The translations under genes and the position numbers were made by a program. The notes beneath the pieces were generated by a model. That model had not been told where the DNA came from, did no database searches, and saw only the letters and a program-made list of their open reading frames with translations. Shown in pieces: positions 38,590 to 46,739 of a DNA stretch of 64,000 nucleotides (position 1 is its first letter; every line of letters begins with the position of its first letter). Source of the stretch: a virus (lineage: Duplodnaviria > Caudoviricetes); the IMG/VR virus record IMGVR_UViG_3300005200_000008, positions 1-64,000 of that record. The stretch is one strand, 5' to 3'.

Positions 38590-39259
38590 TGAGTTTTACT
38601 CCCTGCCACATTGATTTAATATCATCGGGCTTTACGTTCATTTCAGAAAAAATATTGGAGAGAGCAATCGAAGAAAGGCTGGAACGGGGGCGGCGGCTAG
38701 AAGACTCTAATTGAATTCTGTCAAACGTATATTCGGTCAACAGTTCAAGCGCCCTTTTATGCAAATCGCGGTGCAGCAGGGCAACCTTATAATCTTTGGT
38801 ATAACGTTCAAGAACGTTAAATGATGCTTCGGTTATGAAATCATCCTCCGGCTTTTTAATAATACGAAGAAGCCGTCTTTGCAATTTTGTTTTTAATTCT
38901 TCCAATTCTTTCATTTTCTTTTCATACGGCGGTATCAAGCCCTCAATAACAAATCTTTTTAATTCGCTATCAAGCGGGTGTCCTTCCGGCACTTTGTCGG
39001 CTACTTCGTAAAAAATCGCAAACGCCAGATCTTTCGCCTCTTTATCAAAATCAATAGATGCGATGCCGTACAAATCGTAAGTGTCGCGCTGCTTTTTGTC
39101 AGACAGAATTTCAAACGCTTTCTTAATTTCGACAAAGACCTTGGAATCGCCGCTCTCTTTGTTGTCAGGATGATACTTCTTGGATAATACGCGGAAAGCG
39201 TTTTTTATCTGCTCCTTGGTGGCGGTTTCGTCTATTCCCAAAGTCTTATACGGGTTCAT
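38579..39259 (-). CDS. DnaJ-domain protein
   Basis: NPYKTLG...YHPD...EIKKAFEILSD..RDTYD. Confidence 0.9.
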   Translation of the reverse strand: MNPYKTLGIDETATKEQIKNAFRVLSKKYHPDNKESGDSKVFVEIKKAFEILSDKKQRDTYDLYGIASIDFDKEAKDLAFAIFYEVADKVPEGHPLDSELKRFVIEGLIPPYEKKMKELEELKTKLQRRLLRIIKKPEDDFITEASFNVLERYTKDYKVALLHRDLHKRALELLTEYTFDRIQLESSSRRPRSSLSSIALSNIFSEMNVKPDDIKSMWQGVKLNDN

Positions 39260-39266
39260 ATATAGG

Positions 39267-39293
39267 ACTTCCGGCTTTTACTTGTGAAAGCTC
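39267..39293 (-). promoter_or_regulatory. Bipartite phage promoter GAGCT-N15-CGGAAGT (leaderless J-domain mRNA)
   Basis: CGGAAGTCCTATAT-ATG(39259). Confidence 0.7.
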
Positions 39294-39615
39294 AAGCAGT
39301 TTTTCTTTTTCTTGATTTTTTAGCCAAAGTTTTCACGTATTCTTCCCGCTCGAATTCGGCGCACTCAGCCGCGATTTTAATTATCTCGCTATCCGACAGA
39401 CCGCTGAAATCACAGCACGGAAAACAAGATCTGTACCCTGTACTGGATATCGCTTCCCCGTAAAAATCAAAATGAGGCATGGTAGGCGTAATATAATGAA
39501 AACGCACTTTAACGGCAGCGCCGTCTTTTAATGAAATATCGAAATTCAATTCAGAACTTCCCGCCCTCGGAAGCGGTTCCGGCTGAAACAATTCTGTTTG
39601 AAAATTATCACGCAT
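39292..39615 (-). CDS. Hypothetical protein
   Basis: 107 aa; HFDFYGEAISSTGYRS. Confidence 0.65.
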   Translation of the reverse strand: MRDNFQTELFQPEPLPRAGSSELNFDISLKDGAAVKVRFHYITPTMPHFDFYGEAISSTGYRSCFPCCDFSGLSDSEIIKIAAECAEFEREEYVKTLAKKSRKRKTA

Positions 39616-39624
39616 AGTTTAACC

Positions 39625-39804
39625 TTACAAAGAATCGCTTGAAACAGTATTTATTTCATTAGCAATTATTTCCGCAATCATCATTTCAATTTCATCGTTA
39701 AATCTTACCTGCGCGTTGCGTATCATATTTATCTTCTCCCTGTTGCTATATCCTGTATGATTATAGGCAGTTTCTATTTCTTTCGCTCTTTCGACTATAT
39801 ACAT
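39625..39804 (-). CDS. Hypothetical protein
   Basis: GGAGGGG RBS before ATG 39804 (MYIVERAKE...). Confidence 0.5.
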   Translation of the reverse strand: MYIVERAKEIETAYNHTGYSNREKINMIRNAQVRFNDEIEMMIAEIIANEINTVSSDSL

Positions 39805-39955
39805 TGCCCCTCCAACCCCTTTCGGGGTACTGGTTTCTAAACAGGCGTTCCCTGTATCCACCGCGATCCCACCTTCACGCTGCCGTCTGAGGGAACAGAC
39901 TCCCGGATACCCATCCTGTACCATTGCCGCAGGCCAGCTACGGTTGGTTTTCCCT

Positions 39956-40028
39956 TTACCCCAAGTGGATTTGAACCACTAACCCGCAGATCCAAAATCT
40001 GCTGCTCTACCGATTGAGCTACAGGGTA
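39956..40028 (-). tRNA. trnQ-UUG: tRNA-Gln (UUG), CCA not encoded
   Basis: TACCCTG/TGGGGTA acceptor (U1-A72), GCTC/GAGC D stem, GCAGA-TTTTGGA-TCTGC, AGTGG-TTCAAAT-CCACT. Confidence 0.92.
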
Positions 40029-40050
40029 TTAAACAGCATTAGTAGAGACA

Positions 40051-40154
40051 TGGATAAAAGGCGGGAGTCGAACCCGCTCTGGAGACTCTGGGTTTACACG
40101 CCATTGTGTACTGTCCCGATACGCCTTCCCGTGCTTCCGTTACACTACAATCCT
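40051..40154 (-). ncRNA. tRNA-like RNA with ~40-nt structured insert in place of the anticodon loop
   Basis: D-arm GTGT-AACGGAA-GCAC, T-arm GCGGG-TTCGACT-CCCGC, 3' CCA; weak acceptor stem. Confidence 0.55.
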
Positions 40155-40224
40155 CCAACCCGTCTTTCCGGGTCGCCAATGGATAATTTATACTTACCGC
40201 AACCTCGCGGGCCGTACATTAAGG

Positions 40225-40251
40225 ACTTCCGACTCTTTATAGAAAAAGCTC
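40225..40251 (-). promoter_or_regulatory. Bipartite phage promoter GAGCT-N15-CGGAAGT upstream of the RNA cluster
   Basis: Exact spacing; no substantial CDS directly downstream. Confidence 0.65.
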
Positions 40252-40255
40252 AAAA

Positions 40256-41161
40256 TTATTCGGTTACTATTTGGGCATCGTCGGCTTTTGCCAACTGCTC
40301 CAGACGAACCATAGTACGCTCGATCTTCTGCAAATCTTCGGCGCTGTATTTGCTGTAAGCCTTTTTGATTTCGTCGTCTTTGTCGGGCGGCCTGCTGACA
40401 TCCTGGAATATCGACGGCGCGTTCGGAACCGGCTTGAATATCGACAAAATGCTTTCTGCGGCGATATTGCTTTCGTGGCTCAAAGCGCGGTATAAAGTCA
40501 TAAGGTCTTCAAAATTCATGCCGCCCGCTTCAAGTTGGGTTTGGAACTGCTGGTATACCAACTCTTGAAGGTCGTCTTTTTTCTTGATAATGCCAACCCT
40601 GTCTTTGAAAAATTGCAGAAGATTTTGTTTCAAATCTTCATACGGGTCTAAACCTGCAATCCGTAACGCATCATTTTTCAGATGACGGTCTTCCAGCGCC
40701 CCCGCTAATTTTCTCGCCTCGTCCTGTACTTCAGCCATTGTTTTATCCTCCCTCGAAACAGCCTGTAGTTTCTGAGCAAAATCATTATCCATGTTTTTTA
40801 TTCTTCTGCTTATTGCGATTGAATTAAATTCAAACGGCACCAGTTCGTGTATTTCAGCCCAATCCTTATCCTCGATTTTTTTGTAATAATAGCAAAGCGT
40901 TAAAATAATCGCTTCCTTCAAATCAAGGCTTGACGGAAACCTTATAGTCCTGCCGCTTAACAGATGGGTAAGCCTGATAAAATTTTCCAGACCGAGAAGC
41001 CGGTATATATCGCTCACGTCGGCTATGTTGGCCGACGACTGGAATACAATACTCAGTATTTGAAACAGCGGGTCTTTCTGCGCTTCCGGCTTCGCCTTAA
41101 AAATATCCCTGAGTTGCTGTTCGTACAAAGTATTGGGCGATTCAAAAAAATCTCCAGCCAT
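40256..41161 (-). CDS. Mor-like activator domain fused to a second helical domain
   Basis: LLGLENFIRLTHLLSGRTIRFP resembles Mor family; internal GGGAGG-ATG (MAEVQDE). Confidence 0.5.
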   Translation of the reverse strand: MAGDFFESPNTLYEQQLRDIFKAKPEAQKDPLFQILSIVFQSSANIADVSDIYRLLGLENFIRLTHLLSGRTIRFPSSLDLKEAIILTLCYYYKKIEDKDWAEIHELVPFEFNSIAISRRIKNMDNDFAQKLQAVSREDKTMAEVQDEARKLAGALEDRHLKNDALRIAGLDPYEDLKQNLLQFFKDRVGIIKKKDDLQELVYQQFQTQLEAGGMNFEDLMTLYRALSHESNIAAESILSIFKPVPNAPSIFQDVSRPPDKDDEIKKAYSKYSAEDLQKIERTMVRLEQLAKADDAQIVTE

Positions 41162-42004
41162 TTACGCCGCCTCGGATAAACTTTGCAGACGCTGGTAAAT
41201 AACCAGTTCCCCTTTTTCCACAAAATCCCTGACTTCGTTACCGGCTATTTCATAGAAGCCGTTCATTGCCCTGTCATTGCGGATAACCAGTTTGTTGTGC
41301 AGCCCAATAAGGTAAAGAATTGCCGTCGCTTCGCTTCTGGTATTTTCTTTAATGATGGATGCCGTTTTTTCAACCAGCCCGCACAGTTCGGCGCCAAGGT
41401 CTCTTTCAATTTTATGGTCATGCTCGAACTTATTATTAATAGTAAGCGTTTCCTCTACAAGATCGCCGTCGTCATTCAGTCTCGCTTCTATCTTGCTTAT
41501 CGTTTCACCAAATTCGGTATCGTCGCCGATGATGTACTGCATGGAATACGTCTGGTCGTTCTCCTTGTCGCTGTATGCCTCGTTTTTGCACAAACGCTTT
41601 AAGTAACCGCCGAAACTGATCTTCATGCGGTGGTCGGGCGTTTTCATAATAACCTCGATAAGCCTGGTAGCGGCATCGTTGGCTTTTTCCTGCAAATTGC
41701 CCTGCGACAAGCAGGCTTTCCCTTTGAGCAGCATTTTAATTAGGTTTTCCGCATACTCGACCATGACGGGGAACATCTTGCCACCGAGGATTCGCGTACT
41801 GCCGGTCTTTTCAAAATCGGCGATAAATTCGTCCTGTAATTTGAAAAGTTTATATTCGATTGGCGGTTTTGAATAATATTTATCCCCACAACCAGGACAT
41901 ACTTCCGGAGCGAGACCTCTCTCCCATTCTACTTTTATACCGCAGCATTCGGTTTTCTCAATACGAAAAATTATTTTACCGTTATCAATTATTTTTTCCG
42001 ACAA
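41162..42004 (-). CDS. Putative divergent sigma-like transcription factor with N-terminal Zn finger
   Basis: CC...CPGC; helical region ..EYAENLIK...EKANDAATRLIEVI...SFGGYLKRLCKNE recalls sigma region 2. Confidence 0.4.
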   Translation of the reverse strand: MSEKIIDNGKIIFRIEKTECCGIKVEWERGLAPEVCPGCGDKYYSKPPIEYKLFKLQDEFIADFEKTGSTRILGGKMFPVMVEYAENLIKMLLKGKACLSQGNLQEKANDAATRLIEVIMKTPDHRMKISFGGYLKRLCKNEAYSDKENDQTYSMQYIIGDDTEFGETISKIEARLNDDGDLVEETLTINNKFEHDHKIERDLGAELCGLVEKTASIIKENTRSEATAILYLIGLHNKLVIRNDRAMNGFYEIAGNEVRDFVEKGELVIYQRLQSLSEAA

Positions 42005-42483
42005 TTTTTTGTCCCCACCAAAAAATTAATCCTGCGATTGATCAGAACTTCAGGTCTGAATGATACCAGATCCCGCAGGTTATACGCAAATCCTTGCTTA
42101 ATATATTCTTCAAGTTGAGCTTTCGTTATGCTTTTCTGTTCAAGATTAAAAATGAATTCCGGATCAAAAACAAAAAAATAATAACTTTTTCTCGATACCC
42201 AAATCCCCAGAATAATGCCGGTTTCCTTGTTCAAAGATTTTAATTTAAGCAGATTGGCAAACTGGTGTTCTTCAACCCGCGCTTTTGAAAAACAGGCTAT
42301 TTTATTTTTTATTAATTTGGATTCATAAAAAAAGGCGAACCCCGGGAAGGCGGCAAAACCGTCAAACGGCCGCTTGCCGGCAAACTCGGTGTCCCTGAAT
42401 ACGGGGTCTGGTATTTTATAAGCAAAGCCCCCCGCATTCGTAAACAGGTTTACTAAATCGGTATTGAACTTTCTTTCATCCAT
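41989..42483 (-). CDS. RecU-like Holliday junction resolvase (PD-(D/E)xK)
   Basis: YKIPD...KRPFDGF...FYESK; ATG 42483 follows GCCTATTT. Confidence 0.65.
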   Translation of the reverse strand: MDERKFNTDLVNLFTNAGGFAYKIPDPVFRDTEFAGKRPFDGFAAFPGFAFFYESKLIKNKIACFSKARVEEHQFANLLKLKSLNKETGIILGIWVSRKSYYFFVFDPEFIFNLEQKSITKAQLEEYIKQGFAYNLRDLVSFRPEVLINRRINFLVGTKNCRKK

Positions 42484-42547
42484 ACACCTAAATAGGCGGG
42501 GTTCCAAAACGCCCGTTATGACATTTTTTATATATTTGTAAGCGCAA

Positions 42548-43507
42548 TCAGGAAAATAATTGCGTCTGGCATAAGCCCTGGCGTATTTTCTTTATTCGCA
42601 AGTTGGCAAGTTTGACATATTTGGGATTGATTTCAATGCCCACATAGCCACGCCCTTCTTTTAAGGCGACCGCCGCCGTCGTGCCGCTGCCCAAAAACGG
42701 GTCTAAAACTATACCGCCTTTCCTGCTTCCCGCCATAATGCAGGGGCGAATCAGATCGGGAGGAAACACCGCGAAATGAGCGCCTTTGTAGGGCTTTGTC
42801 GTTACCGTCCATACATCCCTTCGATTGCGCGTTACGACAGGTTCTGTACGACCCCCCCCCGCGTGTTCTTGTTTTCTGCGCCCGCTGTTCACCCTCATCA
42901 CTCCCTTACTTCCCCTCGGCGGGTTCGGGTCTCCATTAACGGCGGGTTCCTTTACGGCATCGTTGTCAAAATAATAACGCGGCGACTTGCTCAGAAGAAA
43001 AATGTATTCATGGGCTTTCGTACACCGATCGGTTACGCTTTCGGGCATGGAATTGGTTTTATGCCATATAATATCCTGCCTCAAATACCATCCGTCGGCA
43101 CGAAGGGCGAAAGCCAGCATCCACGGAACGCCGATAAGGTCTTTCGACTTGCAATTAGGTGTTTTGACTTTAGTGGTTGCGACAGCGCCGAGCATACCCT
43201 TACTCGTTCCCTGTTTGTATTTTTTCGCGTTTTCAGGATACGCCGCGCCGCCTTTGCCGCTTCCGGCATAACTGTCGGCTATGACTATCCACAAAGTGCC
43301 GTCATCCCGAAGAACGCGCTTTACTTCACGGAAAACTTCAACCAATTTGGCAATATACTCGTCGGGCGTTTCTTCAAGCCCTATCTGGCCGTTTATACCG
43401 TAGTCTCGCAGGCCAAAATAAGGCGGCGACGTAACGCACGTATCGATTATGCCGTCAGGCAGCGTCTTTAATCCTTGCAATACGTCCGATGTAATTATTT
43501 CCTGCAT
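42548..43507 (-). CDS. DNA methyltransferase, N4-C/N6-A beta class
   Basis: TSPPY; QDIIWHK; HFAVFP; VLDPFLGSGTT. Confidence 0.92.
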   Translation of the reverse strand: MQEIITSDVLQGLKTLPDGIIDTCVTSPPYFGLRDYGINGQIGLEETPDEYIAKLVEVFREVKRVLRDDGTLWIVIADSYAGSGKGGAAYPENAKKYKQGTSKGMLGAVATTKVKTPNCKSKDLIGVPWMLAFALRADGWYLRQDIIWHKTNSMPESVTDRCTKAHEYIFLLSKSPRYYFDNDAVKEPAVNGDPNPPRGSKGVMRVNSGRRKQEHAGGGRTEPVVTRNRRDVWTVTTKPYKGAHFAVFPPDLIRPCIMAGSRKGGIVLDPFLGSGTTAAVALKEGRGYVGIEINPKYVKLANLRIKKIRQGLCQTQLFS

Positions 43508-43513
43508 AACCCG

Positions 43514-43885
43514 TCACTTTTTTTCTTCTGCCTTTACTTCTGGCCTGTCGTCTTTGGGGCATTTCAATAATATGCTTTGTTCCCAGTCAATGCCGAATTT
43601 CCGGCACATCATAGGACGGTGTTCATACACCTTGCAGAATGTTTTGCCATCTTCGCCGGTTCCCATAAACGGGCATATCATATCCTTCGGGTTCATATTG
43701 TCTACGCCGTGGCTTGCTTTCTTTACGATAGACCTGACAAAATACGCGGTATGCCCCTCAACTTTTTGTTTTACGAAAGTAACATGGAGTTTATGCGCGA
43801 TTCGCATAACGGCCTTATATTCGCTTTTTTCCCAAGGCACAAGACCGCAGCACCGACCGCATCGTTTACAGACAAATTCAGCCAT
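43514..43885 (-). CDS. YkgJ-family Cys-cluster (Zn/Fe-S) protein
   Basis: CKRCGRCC...CPF...CKVYEHRPMMCRKF. Confidence 0.85.
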   Translation of the reverse strand: MAEFVCKRCGRCCGLVPWEKSEYKAVMRIAHKLHVTFVKQKVEGHTAYFVRSIVKKASHGVDNMNPKDMICPFMGTGEDGKTFCKVYEHRPMMCRKFGIDWEQSILLKCPKDDRPEVKAEEKK

Positions 43886-44039
43886 TTTCTATATTCCTTT
43901 TTTCCTTATTCCTTTTTTCCTTGTATTTTCTTATCTTTTCCAGCATCGGTCTCGCTTCGTCTTCGGGTAATTGGGAGATGAGCCATTCATCAAGCGGTTT
44001 GCCCAACAACCATTCCGGCACGAGACCGGCGGGTATCAT
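43878..44039 (-). CDS. Hypothetical protein
   Basis: MIPAGLVPEWLLG..., K-rich tail. Confidence 0.45.
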   Translation of the reverse strand: MIPAGLVPEWLLGKPLDEWLISQLPEDEARPMLEKIRKYKEKRNKEKRNIENG

Positions 44040-44052
44040 ATTACGAGCTTCT

Positions 44053-44220
44053 TTACTTTTTCGTTTCACCCGACCAACATCCCATACCGTTAAATTTTTT
44101 TACTTGCCAACCGCAGGAACATTTATCTTTAGCCGTACCGTTCCCGCCTCGGTCACATTCAGAACAGGCAGTCCATTTCATACCGTTTTTATCCGTGTAA
44201 CTATGTTTTTTTCCGCTCAT
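44053..44220 (-). CDS. Hypothetical 55-aa Cys-rich protein (not in ORF track)
   Basis: MSGKKHSYTDKNGMKWTACSECDRGG...; CCGGAAGTTATT 4 nt upstream. Confidence 0.55.
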   Translation of the reverse strand: MSGKKHSYTDKNGMKWTACSECDRGGNGTAKDKCSCGWQVKKFNGMGCWSGETKK

Positions 44221-44221
44221 A

Positions 44222-44572
44222 CTAAATAACTTCCGGTCTGCGGTTGGCGATATCGAATGTATTCGCGTTTTTTACCAGTTCTTTGAGATATTGCGGATAT
44301 TTTTTCTTTGTCAGTTTGTGATTAACAAGCCATAACTCAAACGCCGCGTAATGGAGGTATCGCCGGGCATCTTTTATCGCTTCAAATGACAGGTTCTCCA
44401 GGGCGAACGCATAGCGTTCTTTGGCGGCGATTACGTCACGGAACCTTCGTTTGCAGTTTCTTTGGTTTGTCTGGTCTTTGGCAAAGGAAGATGAAACCTC
44501 CGTTTTCCCGGAGAGGTCTCTCATTAAAGAATCTATTTCGTCTTGGGATAATTGCTCTGCAAAAGCCGCCAT
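44222..44572 (-). CDS. Hypothetical protein with N-terminal FliM-type LSQDEIDSL motif
   Basis: MAAFAEQLSQDEIDSLMRDL. Confidence 0.65.
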   Translation of the reverse strand: MAAFAEQLSQDEIDSLMRDLSGKTEVSSSFAKDQTNQRNCKRRFRDVIAAKERYAFALENLSFEAIKDARRYLHYAAFELWLVNHKLTKKKYPQYLKELVKNANTFDIANRRPEVI

Positions 44573-44573
44573 A

Positions 44574-44601
44574 ATAAAAAAGGCGGGATTTTACCCGCCT
44601 T
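44574..44601 (-). terminator. Intrinsic terminator
   Basis: AAGGCGGG/CCCGCCTT stem plus T-tract. Confidence 0.7.
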
Positions 44602-44649
44602 CGTTACGGGCCGCCAGACTCCGCTATCCAGCGGCCGCCGGCTAAATCA

Positions 44650-44976
44650 TCACATAATAAATATCGTCATTTTTTGTTCCGACGCTTTAGAGCAGCCCGA
44701 AACGGGCATCACCTCCTGCGTCGAAAAAACGCCAACGGTATTCGGGGTAGCGATAACACAACTGCCGCCTATAATCGCGTCGGGCAGCGTATATTCGCTT
44801 AAAACGGTATAAATTATAATTCCCTCATAATTGACAACCGCTTCACGGCTGGCAATATCCGCAAAAACGGCGCCGGTTTCAAAAAGACCCGGGCCGTTGT
44901 TATGAACCGGCAGCGCGAAAGCGAAAACGGCTCCCATTACCAATCCCATCAAAAGCAGAATCAGCAATTTCTTCAT
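44650..44976 (-). CDS. Exported hypothetical protein
   Basis: Signal peptide MKKLLILLLMGLVMGAVFA; GGAGGT RBS. Confidence 0.6.
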   Translation of the reverse strand: MKKLLILLLMGLVMGAVFAFALPVHNNGPGLFETGAVFADIASREAVVNYEGIIIYTVLSEYTLPDAIIGGSCVIATPNTVGVFSTQEVMPVSGCSKASEQKMTIFIM

Positions 44977-45046
44977 GCAGACCTCCATCTGTTTAAGATA
45001 CATAAATAGGCATATTTGTTTTCGCCCTGTGTATAAGGACTTTCAG

Positions 45047-45403
45047 TTAGGGCGAAGAATTTGCTTCTTTTATTTTCTTAATCCTAGCTTTCGCCCAACG
45101 GATAAAAAGTTCGGCCTGAAATTCGTATTTTTTAAGGATAGGAGGGCTTTTCCCGCCCTTAGAATTGTTTTCGGCGCTTTTTACGGCAAGTTCTACGCCC
45201 GTATTCCAATCCACGCTGTTTTGTTTTTCCGAGGGGCTGACCGCCGACCACCCGAACGATTCGTCATCGACCAGTATAACCATAACGCCCAAACGTTTCC
45301 CGCGATTTTCCTGACGGAAAACCGTGCCGTTAATTACTTTTTTACGCCCGGGGTAGCCTTCCCGTATGTAGCGTATCAAAACTTTATTAGGATCAAAATT
45401 CAT
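45047..45403 (-). CDS. Hypothetical protein
   Basis: GGAGGG RBS; CGGAAGT at 45433-45439. Confidence 0.65.
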   Translation of the reverse strand: MNFDPNKVLIRYIREGYPGRKKVINGTVFRQENRGKRLGVMVILVDDESFGWSAVSPSEKQNSVDWNTGVELAVKSAENNSKGGKSPPILKKYEFQAELFIRWAKARIKKIKEANSSP

Positions 45404-45454
45404 TGCGCCCTCCAATTTGCTTTATACAAAGGACTTCCGCTCGGAGGAACTCGT

Positions 45455-46144
45455 TTATTCTTTTACAGCAATGATATTGTTCAATACGGCGATAATTTTT
45501 GATATTTCCGCAAGTTTGCGTTCTTTCTCAATTTTTTCAAGGACGGCAGAAAGTTTTATGATACGGGATTCCTTGATAAACTCGGAAAACGTCATATCGT
45601 TTTCCAGGGAAGGGTCTGGGTTTGTCTCGTATACAAAAACCGCATCGCCGCCGAAATAAGATTCAAGTTTTTTGAAAGTTGACACCACGGCGGTAAGTTT
45701 TTCAGTTTTTTCGATTGTTTTCCTGCCGACGGCGACCGTATGAGGGGGTAGGAAAACATCGTCTTTCAGTTCCGTGCCGGAACTTATGAAAGAGAACTCG
45801 CCAATCTTACACCGCCTTCCCAGTATAGCCTTTTTTTGAATAACGGAGTGCCTGCCGATGGAGACATCGGGGGCGACAATTACACCGTTTTCAACGACGG
45901 TATGCGTGCCGATAGACGAGCCTTTGCCGAAAAAACAATATTCCCCAATCGTTACGGCATCTTCAATGTAGCAGTCTTTTTCAAAAACCGTATTTTTGCC
46001 GACGTATATTCTATGAATGAGAAGCTTCTGGAAAATATCTTTTTCTTCCGTTCCGGTTGGAACCCATTGCGGCGGGGATTTTTTATTCGGCTTGCTATCC
46101 GCAGTTTCCAAAACGTAAATCATCGGTTTTTTCATTATCGGCAA
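45455..46144 (-). CDS. Hexapeptide-repeat (left-handed beta-helix) protein
   Basis: Repeated [IV]Gxxxx hexads over ~95 aa. Confidence 0.75.
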   Translation of the reverse strand: MPIMKKPMIYVLETADSKPNKKSPPQWVPTGTEEKDIFQKLLIHRIYVGKNTVFEKDCYIEDAVTIGEYCFFGKGSSIGTHTVVENGVIVAPDVSIGRHSVIQKKAILGRRCKIGEFSFISSGTELKDDVFLPPHTVAVGRKTIEKTEKLTAVVSTFKKLESYFGGDAVFVYETNPDPSLENDMTFSEFIKESRIIKLSAVLEKIEKERKLAEISKIIAVLNNIIAVKE

Positions 46145-46739
46145 GAACTGTAAAAAAATCTATGCTTCGCGCCGCCGCCCTTTCCTAAATTTTAATTATT
46201 AAATTTAAAGACAGATCTAAAATAAATTTATTTTAAAACAGAAGCTATAATTTATTTTTTTAATCTATACTATGAGGAAACGGTGAAGTGTACACACCTA
46301 GCCCATAGGATGAACCGTTTTTTCGACGTTCATCGCTCTGAGCAGGCGTGCCAGAGGTTCCATGAGTCTAACGGAGCCGTGCGACACTGGTTACCCGTTG
46401 TGCGGGATTTACTTGCTTTGGCGATTGAGCAGACCCAACGCTTTCATCCCTCGCCCACTTTGGCCGGTAACCATCCAAACCTTTGCCAAGACCATCCCAA
46501 GCAGGGTATCCCGGTGTGGTCTTTTAAGCCGAACTGCACCCACGGGGGCTAGACCTTCGATGCAGAACGCGGGATTTCTCCCGTTATCCCTGAGAAATGG
46601 GATAAACTTATACTAATGATTTCCGGGTGAATCAGACTCGTGATAGATATTTGGGAAAAAATTTTTATTTTTTTTCTGTGTTAGCTGCAATTCTACCAAC
46701 CTTCCTAAAAAGTTTCACGGGAAACCGGAAGTTATTAGT

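Noticed and set aside
40051-40154. tmRNA or a standard tRNA
   Set aside because: Too short for tmRNA with no tag ORF; no canonical 7-nt anticodon loop, and the acceptor stem is poor.
42852-42860. G9 tract in the beta-class MTase as a phase-variation switch
   Set aside because: Frame is intact and the tract encodes a Gly run in a variable loop; no evidence of variation from a single sequence.
46283-46552. 89-aa ORF in the strand-switch region
   Set aside because: Not protein-like, GTG start, and overlaps inverted repeats; treated as non-coding.
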